Both the position numbers and the translations under genes were made by a program. Shown in pieces: positions 49,460 to 64,000 of a stretch of DNA of 64,000 nucleotides. The notes under the pieces are model-generated. The model did no database searches, was not told the origin of the DNA, and saw only the letters and a list, made by a program, of their open reading frames with translations. This stretch comes from Macrostomum lignano (lineage: Eukaryota): the NCBI GenBank assembly GCA_002269645.1, contig NIVC01001066.1:124001-188000 (forward strand), given 5' to 3'. Numbering within the stretch: position 1 is the stretch's first letter; every line of letters starts with the position of its first letter.

Positions 49460-50945
49460 AATAAATCAATAAATCACTCACTATAATCCACAAACCAATC
49501 AATAAATCACTCACTATAATCCACAATCCAATCAATAAATCACTCACTATAATCCACAATCCAATCAATAAATCACTCACTATAATCCACAATCCAATCA
49601 ATAAATCACTCACTATAATCCACAATCCAATCAATAAATCACTCACTATAATCCACAAACCAATCAATAAATCACTCACTATAATCCACAATCCAATCAA
49701 TAAATCACTCACTATAATCCACAATCCAATCAATAAATCACTCACTATAATCCACAATCCAATCAATAAATCACTCACTATAATCCACAATCCAATCAAT
49801 AAATCACTCACTATAATCCACAATCCAATCAATAAATCACTCACTATAATCCACAAACCAATCAGTAAATCACTCACTATAATCCACAATCCAATCAATA
49901 AATCACTCACTATAATCCACAATCCAATCAATAAATCACTCACTATAATCCACAATCCAATCAATAAATCACTCACTATAATCCACAATCCAATCAATAA
50001 ATCACTCACTATAATCCACAATCCAATCAATAAATCACTCACTATAATCCACAATCCAATCAATAAATCACTCACTATAATCCACAATCCAATCAATAAA
50101 TCACTCACTATAATCCACAATCCAATCAATAAATCACTCACTATAATCTATATAAGCAAATGAATAAATCACTCACTATAATCCACAAACTAATCAGTAA
50201 ATCACTCACTATAATCCACAAACCAATCAATAAATCACTCACTATAATCTATATAAGCAAATGAATAAATCACTCACTATAATCCACAAACTAATCAGTA
50301 AATCACTCACTATAATCCACAAACTAATCAATAAATCACTCACTATAATCCACAATCCAATCAATAAATCACTCACTATAATCCACAATCCAATCAATAA
50401 ATCACTCACTATAATCCACAATCCAATCAATAAATCACTCACTATAATCCACAATCCAATCAATAAATCACTCACTATAATCCACAAACCAATCAATAAA
50501 TCACTCACTATAATCCACAAACCAATCAATAAATCACTCACTATAATCCACAAACCAATCAGTAAATCACTCACTATAATCCACAAACCAATCAATAAAT
50601 CACTCACTATAATCCACAAACCAATCAGTAAATCACTCACTATAATCCACAAACCAATCAGTAAATCACTCACTATAATCCACAATCCAATCAATAAATC
50701 ACTCACTATAATCCACAATCCAATCAATAAATCACTCACTATAATCCACAAACCAATCAGTAAATCACTCACTATAATCCACAAACCAACCAGTAAATCA
50801 CTCACTATAATCAATACGCAAATTAATAAATCACTCACTATAATCCACAAGCCAATCAATAAATCACTCACTATAATCCACAAGCTAATCAATAAATCAC
50901 TCACTATAATCAATACGCAAATTAATAAACCACCTACTATAATCC
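49460..50945 (+). repeat. 33-bp AT-rich minisatellite (AATAAATCACTCACTATAATCCACAATCCAATC)n
   Basis: Direct reading. Confidence 0.96.
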
Positions 50946-51454
50946 AATCAATAAAAAATAAAAAAGACCAACTCATCAGGCTTGATGCCTTCAGCAGTTA
51001 CAAATGGATGGACAAACAGAGCAGAGTCAGTGCCGAAAGTTTATGTTTTTCTGCACCAGGAGGCAGCAGTGTCCCGTATTGAGCCTCGTATTGAGCCTTT
51101 ACGTGGCTCATGCACTGCTACATTGCTATAACGATGACTTGACTTTTCACGGACATGCTTACAAAATTATTATTGCAAAAGATTACGTGTTGATCATAAT
51201 CCTAGATGGATAGATAAGTAAAAATCTAGGATAAAGGTATGAACAATGCAGTACGGAAAATTTCTGCAAATCTTTTGTCGATAGCAGAAAATCCACTCAA
51301 GATAATCTTGTTTAAAACAAAGCATATTCATCAATGATAATAAAAGGCTTGAGTGTAGACGAGGTGACAAAGCCTAGAGGATTTTATCGAAGGCAAATAT
51401 TCAACTCATATGCTCACTGCTCAAGCTGAAGGGCGGTCCGATGTGTCTGTCTAT

Positions 51455-52845
51455 GGCTTAGCCTGAGTCTGTGGCTTAGCCTGAGTCTGTGGCTAGCCTG
51501 AGTCTGTAGCTTAGCCTGAGTCTGTGGCTTAGTCTGCGTCTGTAGCTTAATTAGCCAGAGTCTGTGGCTTAGTCTGAATCTGTGGCTTAGTCTGAATCTG
51601 TAGCTTAGCCTGAGTCTGTAGCTTAGCCTGAGTCTGTAGCTTAATTAGCCTGAGTCTGTAGCTTAATTATCCTGAGTCTGTAGCTTAATTAGCCAGAGTC
51701 TGTGACTTAGCCTGAGTCTATAGCTTAGCCTGAGTCTGTAGCTTAATTAGCCTGAGTCTGTAGCTTAGCCTGAGTCTGTAGCTTAGCCTGAGTCTGTGGC
51801 TTAGCCTGAGTCTGTGGCTTAGCCTGATCTGTAGCTTAGCCTGAGTCTGTAGCTTAGCCTGAGTCTGTAGCTTAGCCTGAGTCTGTAGCTTAGCCTGAGT
51901 CTGTAGCTTAATTAGCCTGAGTCTGTAGCTTAATTAGCCTGAGTCTGTAGCTTAGCCTGAGTCTATAGCTTAGCCTGAGTCTGTAGCTTAATTAGCCAGA
52001 GTCTGTGGCTTAGCCTGAGTCTGTAGCTTAGCCTGCGTCTGTAGCTTAGCCTGAGTCTGTGGCTTAGCCTGAGTCTGTAGCTTAGCCTGAGTCTGTGGCT
52101 TAGCCTGAGTCTGTGGCTTAGTCTGAATCTGTGGCTTAGTCTGAATCTGTAGCTTAGCCTGAGTCTGTAGCTTAGCCTGAGTCTGTAGCTTAATTAGCCA
52201 GAGTCTGTGGCTTAGCCTGAGTCTGTAGCTTAGCCTGCGTCTGTAGCTTAATTAGCCAGAGTCTGTGGCTTAGTCTGAATCTGTGGCTTAGTCTGAATCT
52301 GTAGCTTAGCCTGAGTCTGTAGCTTAATTAGCCTGAGTCTGTAGCTTAATTAGCCTGAGTCTGTAGCTTAGCCTGAGTCTATAGCTTAGCCTGAGTCTGT
52401 AGCTTAATTAGCCAGAGACTGTGGCTTAGCCTGAGTCTGTAGCTTAGCCTGCGTCTGTAGCCTAGCCTGAGTCTGTGGCTTAGCCTGAGTCTGTAGCTTA
52501 GCCTGAGTCTGTGGCTTAGCCTGAGTCTGTGGCTTAGTCTGAATCTGTGGCTTAGTCTGAATCTGTAGCTTAGCCTGAGTCTGTAGCTTAGCCTGAGTCT
52601 GTAGCTTAATTAGCCAGAGTCTGTGGCTTAGCCTGAGTCTGTAGCTTAGCCTGCGTCTGTAGCTTAATTAGCCAGAGTCTGTGGCTTAGTCTGAATCTGT
52701 GGCTTAGTCTGAATCTGTAGCTTAGCCTGAGTCTGTAGCTTAGCCTGAGTCTGTGGCTTAGTCTGAATCTGTGGCTTAGTCTGAATCTGTGGCTTAGCCT
52801 GAGTCTGTAGCTTAGCCTGAGTCTGTAGCTTAGCCTGAGTCTGTA
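51455..52845 (+). repeat. 18/22-bp minisatellite (GCTTAGCCTGAGTCTGTA)n with a TAAT-insertion variant
   Basis: Direct reading. Confidence 0.95.
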
Positions 52846-53449
52846 TATATATAGAGATAAAAGTGAGCAGCGATTAAGGAGCAGATAGGCCAAAGTAACT
52901 GATAAAATTTGCTAGCTCGTAATCGGGTAGTCCATTATGAGAAAATATTGTCAACTTTGTGCAAGAGAAGCGAACAATTTTCCTGAAAACCAGCAATAAT
53001 GAAGTTTTGCATCGCCATTTTCACTTTACATCATGTACCTTTGCCCTTGGTGTATGAAATCAATTAGTCATATTGTGTTTGGCTTGGCATTAGGAATAAA
53101 TCTTTAAAAAACGTAAGGAAGTTCGCTCTTAAATCAAAGGAAATAAAAAAACACTTTTTGAGAGAGGAAAAAATTTTCTGAGGAAATAGGCAGCTGTTGG
53201 CTGTTGGAGGAAAAGCACTGATTGCCGATGACCTTCGACCGGCTGCATGGGCCACTGCTGTCAGCAAAGTTGGCTAGTGTGGTGTGCGCGGCGCGACTCA
53301 CAGCTGGGTGTGCGAGTGGGGTCGGGATTATGATTGACAGGCTTCTGTTGGCCCTGCTTTTTGAAGGATTTTTATGGCTAATCCTAGATTTTGGGCATCT
53401 GCTTCTGTGGTGCCCAATTCTGGTGGCTTTTGTGGTGATAGATGCGGAT

Positions 53450-54192
53450 TGCGATAGTTGTGAGTAAGGAAGGGGCGGATGGCGATAGTTGTGAGTAAGG
53501 AAGGGGCGGATGGCGATAGTTGTGAGTAAGGAAGGGGCGGATGGCGATAGTTGTGAGTAAGGAAGGGGCGGATTGCGATAGTTGTGAGTAAGGAAGGGGC
53601 GGATGGCGATAGTTGTGAGTAAGGAAGGGGCGGATTGCGATAGTTGTGAGTAAGGAAGGGGCGGATGGCGATAGTTGTGAGTAAGGAAGGGGCGGATTGC
53701 GATAGTTGTGAGTAAGGAAGGGGCGGATGGCGATAGTTGTGAGTAAGGAAGGGGCGGATGGCGATAGTTGTGAGTAAGGAAGGGGCGGATGGCGATAGTT
53801 GTGAGTAAGGAAGGGGCGGATGGCGATAGTTGTGAGTAAGGAAGGGGCGGATTGCGATAGTTGTGAGTAAGGAAGGGGCGGATGGCGATAGTTGTGAGTA
53901 AGGAAGGGGCGGATGGCGATAGTTGTGAGTAAGGAAGGGGCGGATGGCGATAGTTGTGAGTAAGGAAGGGGCGGATTGCGATAGTTGTGAGTAAGGAAGG
54001 GGCGGATGGCGATAGTTGTGAGTAAGGAAGGGGCGGATGGCGATAGTTGTGAGTAAGGAAGGGGCGGATTGCGATAGTTGTGTGTAAGGAAGGGGCGGAT
54101 GCGATAGTTGTGAGTAAGGAAGGGGCGGATTGCGATAGTTGTGAGTAAGGAAGGGGCGGATTGCGATAGTTGTGAGTAAGGAAGGGGCGGAT
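53450..54192 (+). repeat. 31-bp minisatellite (GATAGTTGTGAGTAAGGAAGGGGCGGATGGC)n, ~23 copies
   Basis: Direct reading. Confidence 0.96.
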
Positions 54193-54529
54193 TCGGATGG
54201 TTTTAGATAAGGGAAGAGCAGGATCCTTTGAGTTTGAGTTGAGTAGGGAATGTGGCTTCAGCCTAGTTCCAACACCTATATTTTAAACGGAGGGATCCCA
54301 GCTACGCTCGTAAAACTGTACTTATAGCTTTTACGAGTCTACTAAGTCTACTAAGCTAGACTTCATGCTCAAGTTTATGAAGCTACTAAAAGTAGCATTT
54401 ATAACAAGAATTTTGCCCTTTAGAGAAAATAGCAAAGCATCGATAAGACGCAAAGCTCATACCGATGGGCCAATAGGGATCTACAGGTCCCTGTGACACA
54501 ATCATACATGTAAATAGATAGTTGCCTCA

Positions 54530-55055
54530 TTTCCCCTTCATCTTGAACCAGGGATCCCAAGGGTCTCAGCCTCACTTCCCCTTCATCTTGAACCAGGGAT
54601 CCCAGGGGTCTCTCGACCTCATTTCCACTTAATCTTCACCCAGGGATCCCAGATGTCTCTTGACCTCACTTCCCCTTAATCTTCACCCAGGGATCCCAGG
54701 GGTCTCTCAGCCTCACTTCCCCTTCATCTTCCCTCAGGGATCCCAGGGGTCTCTCAGCCTCACTTCCCCTTCATTTTCACCCAGGGATCCCAGGGGTCTC
54801 TCAGCCTCACTTCCCCTTCATCTTCACCCAGGGATCCCAGGGGTCTTTCAGCCTCACTTCCCCTTCATCTTCCCTCAGGGATCCCAGGGGTCTCTCAGCC
54901 TCACTTCCCCTTCATTTTCACCCAGGGATCCCAGGGGTCTCTCAGCCTCACTTCCCCTTCATCTTCACCCAGGGATCCCAGGGGTCTCTCAGCCTCACTT
55001 CCCCTTCATCTTCCCCCAGGGATCCAAGGGATCTCTCAGCCTCATTTCTCCTTCA
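54530..55055 (+). repeat. 47-bp minisatellite (CAGGGATCCCAGGGGTCTCTCAGCCTCACTTCCCCTTCATCTTCACC)n, ~11 copies
   Basis: Direct reading. Confidence 0.93.
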
Positions 55056-55196
55056 TCATCATCCGTTCATGCCATGGTTCTGTCAGCTCCCCCCTAACTT
55101 CACGGCATGATCGATAAAACAATTTCTATACAAATCTAGCTCAGCAGGTCTGTTTCCATGGTAACGTAGACACTATATTGAGCAGAGATAATTTAG

Positions 55197-55871
<675 letters not shown>

Positions 55872-55924
55872 TGATCGTGCGCCTGGTTATCTCTGGTAAC
55901 CCTTCCCTGTGCCTGTCTTGGGAG

Positions 55925-56335
55925 GGTTAGAGAGGAGAGGAGAGGGGAAGGGTGAGGAAGACAGGGGAAGAGAAGGGAAGAGAGGGGAAGAGAAGGGGAA
56001 GAGAAGGGGAAGAGAAGGGAAGAAAGAGGAAGAGAAGGGGAAGAGAAGGGGAAGAGAAGGGGAAGAGAAGGGAAGAGAAGAGGAAGAGAAGGGGAAGAGA
56101 AGGGAAGAGAAGGAAAGAAGGAGAAAGAGAGGGGAAGAGAAGGGCAAAGAGGCGAAGAGAGGGAAGAGAGGGAAGAGAAAGGAAGAGAGGGGAAGAGAAG
56201 GGAATAGAGGGGAAGAGAAGGGAATAGAGGGGAAGAAAAGGGAAGAGAGGGGAAGAGAGGGGAAGAGAAGGGAAGAGAGGGGAAGAGAAGGGAATGGAGG
56301 GGAAGAGAGGGGAAGAGAAGGGAATAGAGGGGAAG
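55925..56335 (+). repeat. Purine-only (GAGGGGAAGAGAAGG-type) low-complexity repeat in intron
   Basis: Direct reading. Confidence 0.9.
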
Positions 56336-56430
56336 TCAAGGCACGGAGTACTTGAAAGCTACTCAAAGCCTCTCAGAAGGACTCAGAGAAATTGAAAACA
56401 ATAAAACAACTCATGTTGGCCTGGCCTCAC

Positions 56431-56755
<325 letters not shown>

Positions 56756-56794
56756 TAATAGAAAAGTAGGTTGTAGTTTCTACAATTGCGCTTG

Positions 56795-57872
<1,078 letters not shown>

Positions 57873-58544
57873 CTGCAGCCGCTTGCTTGTTTTCGGTTGA
57901 GGTGACAGGACAGACTTTGGCCCTGAGCGAGTTCAGCTCAATAGTATTGTGGAAACTAATTCAGTCCTTGCAAACTTGCAGTTCAGAGCCGACTTTTTGT
58001 TCTGAGTCAGCGCCCAATCCCCAATTCGCGTCCCCGTGCTCAGTAGCTTGAGTATAGCGTGTCTCCCTAACTCGCGCCAAGATTAGCCCTGTTGTACAAT
58101 CGACTCTAACGAGAATTGTTTAAACGTTTCCCGACTCTTTTTGAGCTCCCGGCCAACCGTCCCAACCAACTCAATGCTTTTTTGAGCAGAACCCAGCCGG
58201 CACAGTTGAGGGGAATGGCTAGACTATGCTAGCTTGAGAAGTTGCTGCATGCGGAGTCGAGGCACTTGTGTGCGTCAGTTCTCACGGCTGTTCAGGCTAT
58301 TGATTTTCGCTGGGCAAAGGCCCCCTTCCCCTGCTGATCAACTATTTGATTCTAATTCACCCCCAGCTTGCGTTAATGCCCATTGTAATAGTTTCAGACC
58401 AAGGAGTTCTATCACTACAATCGTATTGATTCGTTACACCGCTTTTTATCGTACTTTTAGCTACTCAATTACTGGATGCAATCTAATATTAAACAGTTCG
58501 AGTTTCTTGGCCCTACGTCTCCTCTAAGAACCGCCCAGCTATCC

Positions 58545-61500
58545 TTTAAGGACGGCCCTGCAATCCTTTAAGAATGGCCCTGCAATCCTTTAAGAATAAC
58601 CCTGCAGTCCTTTAAGAATGGCCCTGCAGTCCTTTAAGAATGGCCCTGCAATCCTTTTAAGAGTGGCCCTGCAATCCTTTTAAGAGTGGCCCTGCAATCC
58701 TTTAAGAGTGGCCCTGCAGTCCTTTAAGAATGGCCCTGCAGTCCTTTAAGAATGGCCCTGCAATCCTTTTAAGAGTGGCCCTGCAATCCTTTTAAGAGTG
58801 GCCCTGCAATCCTTTAAGAGTGGCCCTGCAATCATTTAAGAATAGCCCTGCAATCCTTTAAGAATGGCCCTGCAATCCTTTAAGAATGGCCCTGCAGTCC
58901 TTTAAGAGTGGCCCTGCAATCCTTTAAGAATGGCTCTGCAATCCTTTAAGAATGGCCCTGCAATCCTTTAAGAAAGAGTGGCCCTGCAATCCTTTAAGAA
59001 TGGCCCTGCAATCCTTTAAGAATGGCCCTGCAATCCTTTAAGAATGGCCCTGCAGTCCTTTAAGAGTGGCGCTGCAATCCTTTAAGAATGGCCCTGCAAT
59101 CCTTTAAGAAAGAGTGGCCCTGCAATCCTTTAAGAATGGCCCTGCAATCCTTTTTAGAGTGGCCCTGCAATCCTTTAAGAATGGCCCTGCAATCCCTTAA
59201 GAATGGCCCTGCAGTCCTTTAAGAATGGCCCTGCAATCCTTTAAGAATGGCCCTGCAGTCCTTTAAGAATAACCCTGCAATCCTTTAAGAATGGCCCTGC
59301 AGTCCTTTAAGAATGGCCCTGCAATCCTTTAAGAATGGCCCTGCAATCCTTTAAGAATGGCCCTGCAATCCTTTAAGAATGGCCCTGCAATCCTTTAAGA
59401 ATGGCCCTGCAATCCTTTAAGAATGGCCCTGCAATCCTTTAAGAAAGAGTGGCCCTGCAATCCTTTAAGAATGGCCCTGCAGTCCTTTAAGAAAGAATGG
59501 CCCTGCAATCTTTTAAGAATGGCCCTGCAATCCTTTAAGAATAGCCCTGCAATCCTTTAAGAATGGCCCTGCAGTCCTTTAAGAATGGCCCTGCAATCCT
59601 TTAAGAATGGCCCTGCAATCCTTTAAGAATGGCCCTGCAATCCTTTAAGAATGGCCCTGCAATCCTTTAAGAATGGCCCTGCAATCCTTTAAGAATGGCC
59701 CTGCAATCCTTTAAGAAAGAGTGGCCCTGCAATCCTTTAAGAATGGCCCTGCAATCCTTTAAGAAAGAATGGCCCTGCATCCTTTAAGAATGGCCCTGCA
59801 ATCCTTTAAGAATGGCCCTGCAGTCCTTTAAGAATGGCCCTGCAATCCTTTAAGAATGGCCCTGCAATCCTTTAAGAATGGCCCTGCAATCCTTTAAGAA
59901 TGGCCCTGCAATCCTTTAAGAATGGCCCTGCAATCCTTTAAGAATGGCCCTGCAATCCTTTAAGAATGGCCCTGCAGTCCTTTAAGAATGGCCCTGCAAT
60001 CCTTTAAGAAAGAGTGGCCCTGCAATCCTTTTAAGAGTGGCCCTGCAATCCTTTAAGAATGGCCCTGCAATCCTTTAAGAATGGCCCTGCAATCCTTTAA
60101 GAATAACCCTGCAGTCCTTTAAGAATGGCCCTGCAATCCTTTAAGAATGGCCCTGCAGTCCTTTAAGAATAGCCCTGCAATCCTTTAAGAATGGCCCTGC
60201 AGTCCTTTAAGAATGGCCCTGCAATCCATTAAGAAAGAGTGGCCCTGCAATCCTTTAAGAATGGCCCTGCAATCCTTTAAGAAAGAATGGCCCTGCAATC
60301 CTTTAAGAATGGCCCTGCAATCCTTTAAGAATGGCCCTGCAATCCTTTAAGAATGGCTCTGCAATCCTTTAAGAATGGCCCTGCAATCCTTTAAGAATGG
60401 CCCTGCAATCCTTTAAGAATGGCCCTGCAATCCTTTAAGAATGGCCCTGCAGTCCTTTAAGAATGGCCCTGCAATCCTTTAAGAATGGCCCTGCAATCCT
60501 TTAAGAATGGCCCTGCAATCCTTTAAGAATGGCCCTGCAATCCTTTAAGAATGGCCCTGCAATCCTTTAAGAATGGCCCTGCAATCCTTTAAGAATGGCC
60601 CTGCAATCCTTTAAGAATGGCCCTGCAATCCTTTAAGAATGGCCCTGCAATCCTTTAAGAATGGCCCTGCAATCCTTTAAGAATGGCCCTGCAATCCTTT
60701 AAGAATGGCCCTGCAATCCTTTAAGAGTGGCCCTGCAGTCCTTTAAGAATGGCCCTGCAATCCTTTAAGAATGGCCCTGCAGTCCTTTAAGAGTGGCCCT
60801 GCAATCCTTTAAGAATGGCTCTGCAATCCTTTAAGAATGGCCCTGCAATCCTTTAAGAAAGAGTGGCCCTGCAATCCTTTAAGAATGGCCCTGCAATCCT
60901 TTAAGAATGGCCCTGCAATCCTTTAAGAATGGCCCTGCAGTCCTTTAAGAGTGGCGCTGCAATCCTTTAAGAATGGCCCTGCAATCCTTTAAAAAGAGTG
61001 GCCCTGCAATCCTTTAAGAATGGCCCTGCAATCCTTTTAAGAGTGGCCCTGCAATCCTTTAAGAATGGCCCTGCAATCCTTTAAGAATGGCCCTGCAGTC
61101 CTTTAAGAATGGCCCTGCAATCCTTTAAGAATGGCCCTGCAATCCTTTAAGAATAACCCTGCAGTCCTTTAAGAATGGCCCTGCAGTCCTTTAAGAATGG
61201 CCCTGCAATCCTTTAAGAATGGCCCTGCAATCCTTTAAGAATGGCCCTGCAATCCTTTAAGAATAACCCTGCAGTCCTTTAAGAATGGCCCTGCAGTCCT
61301 TTAAGAATGGCCCTGCAATCCTTTAAGAATGGCCCTGCAATCCTTTAAGAATGGCCCTGCAGTCCTTTAAGAATGGCCCTGCAATCATTTAAGAATGGCC
61401 CTGCAATCCTTTAAGAAAGAGTGGCCCTGCAATCCTTTAAGAATGGCCCTGCAATCCTTTAAGAAAGAATGGCCCTGCAATCCTTTAAGAATGGCCCTGC

Positions 61501-62177
61501 AATCCTTTAAGAATAGCCCTGCAATCCTTTAAGAATGGCCCTGCAATCCTTTAAGAATGGCCCTGCAATCCTTTAAGAATGGCCCTGCAATCCTTTAAGA
61601 ATGGCCCTGCAATCCTTTAAGAATGGCCCTGCAATCCTTTAAGAATGGCCCTGCAGTCCTTTAAGAATGGCCCTGCAATCCTTTAAGAAAGAGTGGCCCT
61701 GCAATCCTTTTAAGAGTGGCCCTGCAGTCCTTTAAGAATGGCCCTGCAATCCTTTAAGAATGGCCCTGCAATCCTTTAAGAATAACCCTGCAGTCCTTTA
61801 AGAATGGCCCTGCAATCCTTTAAGAATGGCCCTGCAGTCCTTTAAGAATGGCCCTGCAATCCTTTAAGAATGGCCCTGCAGTCCTTTAAGAATGGCCCTG
61901 CAATCCTTTAAGAAAGAGTGGCCCTGCAATCCTTTAAGAATGGCCCTGCAATCCTTTAAGAAAGAATGGCCCTGCAATCCTTTAAGAATGGCCCTGCAAT
62001 CCTTTAAGAATGGCCCTGCAATCCTTTAAGAATGGCTCTGCAATCCTTTAAGAATGGCCCTGCAATCCTTTAAGAATGGCCCTGCAATCCTTTAAGAATG
62101 GCTCTGCAATCCTTTAAGAATGGCCCTGCAATCCTTTAAGAATGGCCCTGCAATCCTTTAAGAATAACCCTGCAATC
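58545..62177 (+). repeat. 22-bp satellite (ATGGCCCTGCAATCCTTTAAGA)n, ~165 copies
   Basis: Direct reading. Confidence 0.98.
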
Positions 62178-62279
62178 CAAAATCGGGAAATACAAAATAC
62201 GAAATGTTTTAACATACTGTATATGCATCTAGCAGTCAGTGATTATACAGTCATTGACAGAGAAAAGCGCACATGATGC

Positions 62280-64000
62280 TCAGTCGACCTCCTCAACGGT
62301 GGGTCCTCCGGCTCGCTGATGTCCAGGCTGAGGCTGACCAGACTGCTGCTGCTGCTGATGAAGCTTGGCCATGATTGGCGAGCAGCGGCTGCTGAGTTGC
62401 TGCTGCTGGTGGGCAATCTCGTCCTTCTCGGCAGTCTGGTTGTTCTCCAGCCAGGAAATCACTTGCTCGCAGGCGGCCACCACCTCGGCGGAGTCCTTCT
62501 CGCCCAGCTTGTCCTTGCAGTCGTTGGCAGCCTGCTTGTACTGGAAGGCGAGCGACTCGAGCTGGTTGCGGGCCGCCAGGCGCTCGCGGTGCCGCTCGTC
62601 CTCCTCACGGAACTTCTCCGCATCCCGCACCATCCTGTCGATCTCGTCCTTCCGGCCCTTGTCGTTCGTGATCGTGATCTTCTCCTCCTTGCTGGTGCTC
62701 TTGTCTTTCGCCGACACCACCAGGATTCCGTTGGCGTCAACGTCGAAGGTCACCTCGATCTGAGGGACTCCGCGCGGCGCTGGCGGGATCCCGTCCAGGT
62801 TGAACCGGCCCAGCAGGTGGTTGTCTCTGGTGAGCGCTCGCTCGCCCTCGAACACCTGCACCGTGACGCCGCTCTGGTTGTCCGAGTAGGTGGTGAACGT
62901 CTGCGTCGCCTTGGTCGGGATGCGGCTGTTCCGCTCGACAATCTTGGTCATCACCCCGCCGGCGGTCTCGATGCCGAGAGACAGCGGCGCCACATCCAGC
63001 AGCAGCAGGTCGTCGATCTTGTCGTCCTTCACGCCAGTCAGCACCGCAGCCTGCACGGCAGCTCCGTAGGCGACCGCCTCGTCCGGGTTGATCGACTTGT
63101 TCAGCGTCCGACCGCCCATGAATTCTTGCAGCAACTTCTGCACCCTCGGGATCCGGGTTGATCCGCCAACCAGCACGATCTCGTTGATGTTGCTCTTGTC
63201 CATCTTGGCGTCTCTCAGCGCTCGCTCCACCGGCTCCATCGTCTGGCGAAACAGGTCGGCGCACAGCTCCTCGAATCGAGCCCTGGTGACGCTCGTGTAA
63301 AAATCGATGCCCTCGAACAGCGAGTCAATCTCGATGCTCGCCTGTGCCGAGCTGCTCAGCGTTCGCTTCGCTCGCTCAGCCGCAGTCCGAAGGCGTCTCA
63401 CAGCCCGAGCGTTGCCGCTCATGTCCTTGCGGTACTTGCGCTTGAACTCTTGCATCAGGTGCTCAACCAGACGATGATCAAAGTCCTCGCCGCCGAGGTG
63501 GGTGTCGCCGGCGGTTGCGCGCACCTCGAACATGCTGCCCTCCGACACTGTCAGGATGGACACGTCGAACGTGCCGCCTCCCAGGTCAAAGATGAGAATG
63601 TTCTTCTCACCCTGCAGGTTCTTGTCCAGACCGTAGGCCAGTGCCGCAGCAGTCGGCTCGTTCACGATGCGCAGCACGTTCAGTCCGGCAATCGCCCCGG
63701 CATCCTTTGTTGCCTGTCGCTGACTGTCGTTGAAGTAGGCCGGCACTGTGATCACCGCGTCAGACACCTTCTCGCCGAGGTAGGCCTCCGCCGTCTCCTT
63801 CATCTTGGTGAGAACCATGGCGGAGATCTCCTCCGGGTAGAAGCTGCGCCTCTCGCCCATGTACTGCACCTCAATCTTGGGTCGGCCTCCGTCGTTCGTC
63901 ACCTTGAATGGCCACAGCTTCATGTCCCTCTGCACCGTCTCGTCTCCGAACTTTCGTCCGATCAGACGCTTCGCGTCAAACACCGTGTTGTCCGGATTCA
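62280..64000 (-). CDS. hsp70: Cytosolic HSP70, intronless in the visible part, 5' end beyond the window
   Basis: [44 protein letters not shown]-terminal GPTVEEVD; frame open to the window edge ([12 protein letters not shown]). Confidence 0.97.
   Translation of the reverse strand, partial: NPDNTVFDAKRLIGRKFGDETVQRDMKLWPFKVTNDGGRPKIEVQYMGERRSFYPEEISAMVLTKMKETAEAYLGEKVSDAVITVPAYFNDSQRQATKDAGAIAGLNVLRIVNEPTAAALAYGLDKNLQGEKNILIFDLGGGTFDVSILTVSEGSMFEVRATAGDTHLGGEDFDHRLVEHLMQEFKRKYRKDMSGNARAVRRLRTAAERAKRTLSSSAQASIEIDSLFEGIDFYTSVTRARFEELCADLFRQTMEPVERALRDAKMDKSNINEIVLVGGSTRIPRVQKLLQEFMGGRTLNKSINPDEAVAYGAAVQAAVLTGVKDDKIDDLLLLDVAPLSLGIETAGGVMTKIVERNSRIPTKATQTFTTYSDNQSGVTVQVFEGERALTRDNHLLGRFNLDGIPPAPRGVPQIEVTFDVDANGILVVSAKDKSTSKEEKITITNDKGRKDEIDRMVRDAEKFREEDERHRERLAARNQLESLAFQYKQAANDCKDKLGEKDSAEVVAACEQVISWLENNQTAEKDEIAHQQQQLSSRCSPIMAKLHQQQQQSGQPQPGHQRAGGPTVEEVD

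Noticed and set aside
53450-54192. GC-box (GGGGCGG) in every 31-bp unit as a regulatory array
   Set aside because: No adjacent transcription start can be supported; the motif is expected by chance in a G-rich unit
62319-63300. Plus-strand ORFs overlapping HSP70
   Set aside because: Antisense shadows typical of GC3-rich HSP70 genes

Overview
Eukaryotic (metazoan) genomic DNA: GC-rich coding exons with GT-AG introns, embedded in very dense micro- and minisatellite arrays (more than 30 arrays, roughly half the window). The style (GC-rich, Ala/Gln-rich exons; repeat-stuffed introns; scattered 1-nt indels) suggests a flatworm such as Macrostomum, but the taxon is an inference. Genes reconstructed by hand from splice sites and frame continuity: (1) minus-strand coiled-coil exons at 1.4-2.9 kb; (2) a trichohyalin-like E/Q/R-rich protein (12.2-16.0 kb, minus); (3) an orphan GC-rich ORF at 18.7-19.6 kb; (4) a 2-exon atypical Rab24-like GTPase (22444-23889, minus); (5) a 7-exon NCKIPSD/SPIN90 homolog (32835-47244, plus); (6) a 3-exon, 3-Ig-domain type I membrane protein (55212-57872, minus); (7) a cytosolic HSP70 running off the right end (minus), intronless in the visible part. 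The NCKIPSD introns hold a TTAA-flanked TIR element and an antisense 5'-truncated Penelope-like retroelement (GIY-YIG). That element has a minimal hammerhead ribozyme in its 3' UTR, and a second diverged Penelope fragment lies next to it. A 149-bp TIR mini-element with a telomeric (TAACCC)n core sits at 18.4 kb. Most long ORFs in the supplied track are artefacts of tandem repeats. There are no CRISPR arrays, and no rRNA or tRNA genes were recognised.
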